Assembly: GCA_030390025.1 (NCBI GenBank)
Contig: JASTWF010000342.1
Coordinates: 248,001 to 312,000, forward strand
Origin: Squalus acanthias
Taxonomy: Eukaryota
Direction: 5' to 3'
Length of the DNA stretch: 64,000 nt
Shown: piece after piece, positions 60,651 to 64,000 of the stretch
Position numbering within the stretch: position 1 is the stretch's first letter
How the letters are laid out: the number at the start of each line of letters is the position of its first letter
Notes under the pieces: model-generated
Database searches by the model: none
What the model saw: the letters and a program-made list of their open reading frames with translations, nothing else
Told to the model about the DNA's origin: nothing
Position numbers and translations under genes: made by a program

Positions 60651-60904
60651 CAGTAAATTCTCACCTTGCATTGTTTCTCAAGAGCAGAGACAAAAATTAA
60701 AGTATCCTTTCAGAATATTAATTTGCCATTCATAACATGGCCTGGAAAAACTCTGCGAGACTAAATGGTTTACCAATTAACTTTCTAAGTCAGTGCCTTC
60801 CCAAACAATTATTTTGCTGTCGAACTCTGCCAACAAAGCCTAGCATTGGAGTTGTTTACATTTCACAGAAAAACTGATTCTAATCTTGTTTTTGCTTTTC
60901 ATTA

Positions 60905-61587
60905 ATTCATACATGGGATGTGGGCGTCACTGGCAAGGCCGGCATTTCTTGCTCATCACTAATTGCCTTTGAGAAGGTGGTAGTAAGCAGCCTTCTTGAA
61001 CCGCTGCAGTCCGTGTGGTGATGGTACTCCCACAGTGCTGTTAGGGAGGGAGTTCCAGGATTTTGACACAGTGACGATGAAAGAACGCCGATATACTTCC
61101 AAGTCAGGATGGTGCGTGACTTGAAGGGGAACTTGAAGGTGGTGGTGTTCCCATGCGCCTACTGCCCTTGTCCTTCTAAGTGGTAGAGATCGCGGGTTTG
61201 GGAGGTGCTGCCAAAGAAGCCTTGGCGAGTTGCTACAGTGCATCTTGTAGATGGTACACATTGCAGCCACGGTGCACCAGTGGTGGAGGGAGTGACTGTT
61301 TAAGGTGGTGGATGGGGTGCCGATCAAGTGGGTTGCTTTGTCCTGGATGGTGTCGAGCTTCTTCAGTGTTGTTAGAGCTGCAATCATCCAGGCAAGTGGA
61401 GAGTATTCCATCACACTTCTGACTTATGCCTTGTAGATGGTGGAAAAGCTTTGGGGAGTCAGGAGGTGAGTCACACACCACAGAATACCCAGTCTCTGAC
61501 CTGCTCTTGTAGCCACAGTATTTATGTGGCTGGTCCAGTTAAGTTTCTGGTCAATGGTGACCCCCAGGATGTTGATGGTGGGGGATT
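60905..61587 (-). mobile_element. 5'-truncated LINE 3' fragment, same family as 25088-25938
   Basis: MEYSPLAW...LKKLDTIQDKA; direct nucleotide similarity. Confidence 0.8.
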
Positions 61588-61640
61588 CTGCTGAGTGTTG
61601 CTGAAGAAATTGTCAGGCCAGTTCCAGTAGCAAAGATATT

Positions 61641-62419
61641 AGGCCAGAATTTGCTGGAACAAGGCATCTCATGGTGTGCCCTGTTAGTTAGATTTACTCC
61701 TGCAACCTTCAGCTCAAAACGTTTTGCCCACAATGTTGCTGGAAGTGCAAGCTGATAACGGCTCATCAAGGGCAACAGGGCATCTGGGACCTGGTGAACA
61801 ATGGAATAAACAGTGGAGCTCCTTACCAAATTGGATTAAAGGATTGAGAAATAAACAGCGGAAGGACTGAGAAGGAGGGTGAATTCAATGTCAAATTACG
61901 TACAGAAAGAGAAATAAGGAGAGAGAAATAAAGATTGGATTAAGAGAGAGAAATAAAGATTGGATAAAGAGAGAGAAAAATGAGACAGAAAGGAAAAGTA
62001 AATGTTAAATTTAGAATTCAACATTTTTAAAATCTCCAACAACAATTCACAATCTGAAAGAATGAGACTCCACACTTTTAGTTGTTCACTTTCTGAGCAA
62101 GAGAGGTTGATTGAAAGTCATTAACAATTATCACATCATTAAAGAGGTACTTCCATTATTAATTACTAGACTTAACGTTCAGTGATGAGTTTAATAGGCA
62201 ATTAATGTGCAAATGCAGCAACTTCATGAAAATCACAGGGAGGTTAAAGATGAGGTGTTGTTTTCGCAAAGCTAATGGTGGAGTAGCGCAAATCGGCCAG
62301 CAATTTGTGGCGATTCACAATTCATGGGGTAGCTCTTCCTCGCAAGTTTCTGGCTGATTTGCATATTTATAATGGCATGCATCGTTCGCACGCCGTAATA
62401 TTTTCAGCAAATTCTGCCT
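61641..62419. mobile_element. Non-autonomous TIR element
   Basis: AGGCCAGAATTTGCTG / CAGCAAATTCTGCCT termini. Confidence 0.65.
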
Positions 62420-63354
62420 GAACCACCAAGACAGGCAAATAGGACCTCTCATCCAACAGTGCAGCATGCCCTCAGTAAGTACTGTACTGGAGTGCCAGCG
62501 TGGATACTCTGACCCAGAGCTGAGAGCGCCACCAACTGGGTGAACCCAACAACATTCAATCTCCTTACCCCTTGATCTTTTTACCTAAGTTCTTATGAGT
62601 TAGATTTACAACCCCACACACTTCAGGGTTTAATTTCCATGGTGGATTCTTCCAATCATCTTAAATGAACAGCATTTGCACCATTTCTCTGGAATTTCCA
62701 GGGATCTTCCACCTAAGTTACGGTGGGCGATCGGGAAAACCCCTACGGAAACTCCACCACTTCTTGTCAAGATTAGAGAGGTAATTTTCTAACTTCGTGT
62801 TTCAGCGTAGAACCCATCTAACCAGCAGCACATATAAAAAATTTTAAATGGTCAAAAAAGAATTTCTGATAGCCGCTCCTTGTAGATGAAGCTCCCTGCC
62901 AACAGTGCAAATGAGAAAATTACCCCTTAGATTGTAAATTTTAAATTATGTATAAATAAATTTAAATCAGGCAAACATTTATGATTTTACTATGAATCAT
63001 GCACAGCAGAAACTTTCCCCTGGAGTTGTTTGAGTTTCCATAGGGTTGACAGTTATCTTCATGAACTGGAGTCTGAAAGCTCCCTGAATTGAATGGAGAG
63101 GAAGGTCAGACCCACCATATTTCCTGTAACTGCAGTCAGTGTTACTTTATGGTTAACTAACAGTGCACAATCCACTGTGGGAGAGGGCTAGTCCCACCAA
63201 AAGAAAGATTTGCATTTATATAGGACCTTTCACAATCTCAGGATGTCCCAAAGCGTTATACAACCGACTAAGTAATTTTGAAGTGTTGTCACTGTTATAT
63301 AATGCGACAGCCAATTTGAGTGCAGCAAGCTCCCACAAACAGCAGTGAGATAAG

Positions 63355-63848
63355 GAGGCCATCGTGCCTGTACCGGCTCTTTGGTAGAGCTATTCAATTA
63401 ATCGCACTCCCCTGCTCTTTCCCCATAGCCCTGTAAATTTTTTCCCTTCAAGTATTTATCTAATTCTCTTTTGAATGTTACTATTCAATCTGCTTCCACC
63501 ACTCTTTCAGGCAGTGCATTCCAGATCACAACAACTCACTGTGTAAAAATGTTTTCTTCATGTTGCCTCTGGTTCTTTTGCCAATCACCTTAAATCTGTG
63601 TCCTCTGGTTACTGATCCTTCTGCCACTGGAAAGTTTCTCCTTATTTATTCTATAAAAACCATTCATGATATTGAGCATCTATATTAAATCTCCTCTTAA
63701 CCTTCGCTGCTCTAAGGAGAACAACCCCAGCTTCTCCAGTCTCTCCACGTAACTGAAATCCCTCATCTGTAGTATCATTCTAGAAATCTCTTCTGCATCC
63801 TAAGCCCTTGACATCCTTCCTAAAGTGTGGTGCCCAGAATTGAACACT
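63355..63848 (-). mobile_element. CR1 3' fragment
   Basis: Inverse of 40365-40690 plus CR1 3' UTR. Confidence 0.8.
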
Positions 63849-64000
63849 ATGGCTGTAATTTTCAGAGGTAAGAGGCGTGGGGGGAAGTGAAAATTGTACA
63901 AATGTAAAACCTGACCCCAACCCACCTCTAACCTGCCCACTTTCACCTTTCACTCAGGAGGGACGGGGGGTGGGGGGGCAGGCTGCCAACCCGCTGCCAG

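Overview
Repeat-dense vertebrate genomic DNA. The CR1, L2, Penelope, Harbinger and HE1-like SINE repertoire points to a cartilaginous fish (inference). No host protein-coding gene can be supported. (1) 1-13954 holds two head-to-tail, GC/CpG-rich Tx1-clade (L1-group) non-LTR retrotransposons. Copy 1 has intact ORF1 and ORF2; copy 2 has two small frameshifts. Both end at the same nucleotide of the hammerhead-ribozyme-bearing terminal repeat (pLTR) of a Penelope-like element, and unoccupied copies of that target occur elsewhere in the window. (2) 13955-17730 and 51773-52591 are Penelope-like elements in inverted (tail-to-tail) configurations with minimal hammerhead motifs. (3) 30132-37471 is a 7.3-kb LTR element with ~780-bp LTRs, a tRNA-Arg-type PBS, gag with a CCHC knuckle, and a furin-cleaved class I (F-type-like) env. 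It has no recognisable pol; the gag read-through frame instead carries a diverged second copy of the Gag coiled-coil. (4) The rest is nested, decayed PIF/Harbinger elements (transposase plus Myb/SANT partner), a near full-length CR1, LINE/SINE fragments, a probable solo LTR, and a MITE family whose internal hairpins covary between copies. Family assignments come from motifs read by eye; no database search was run.
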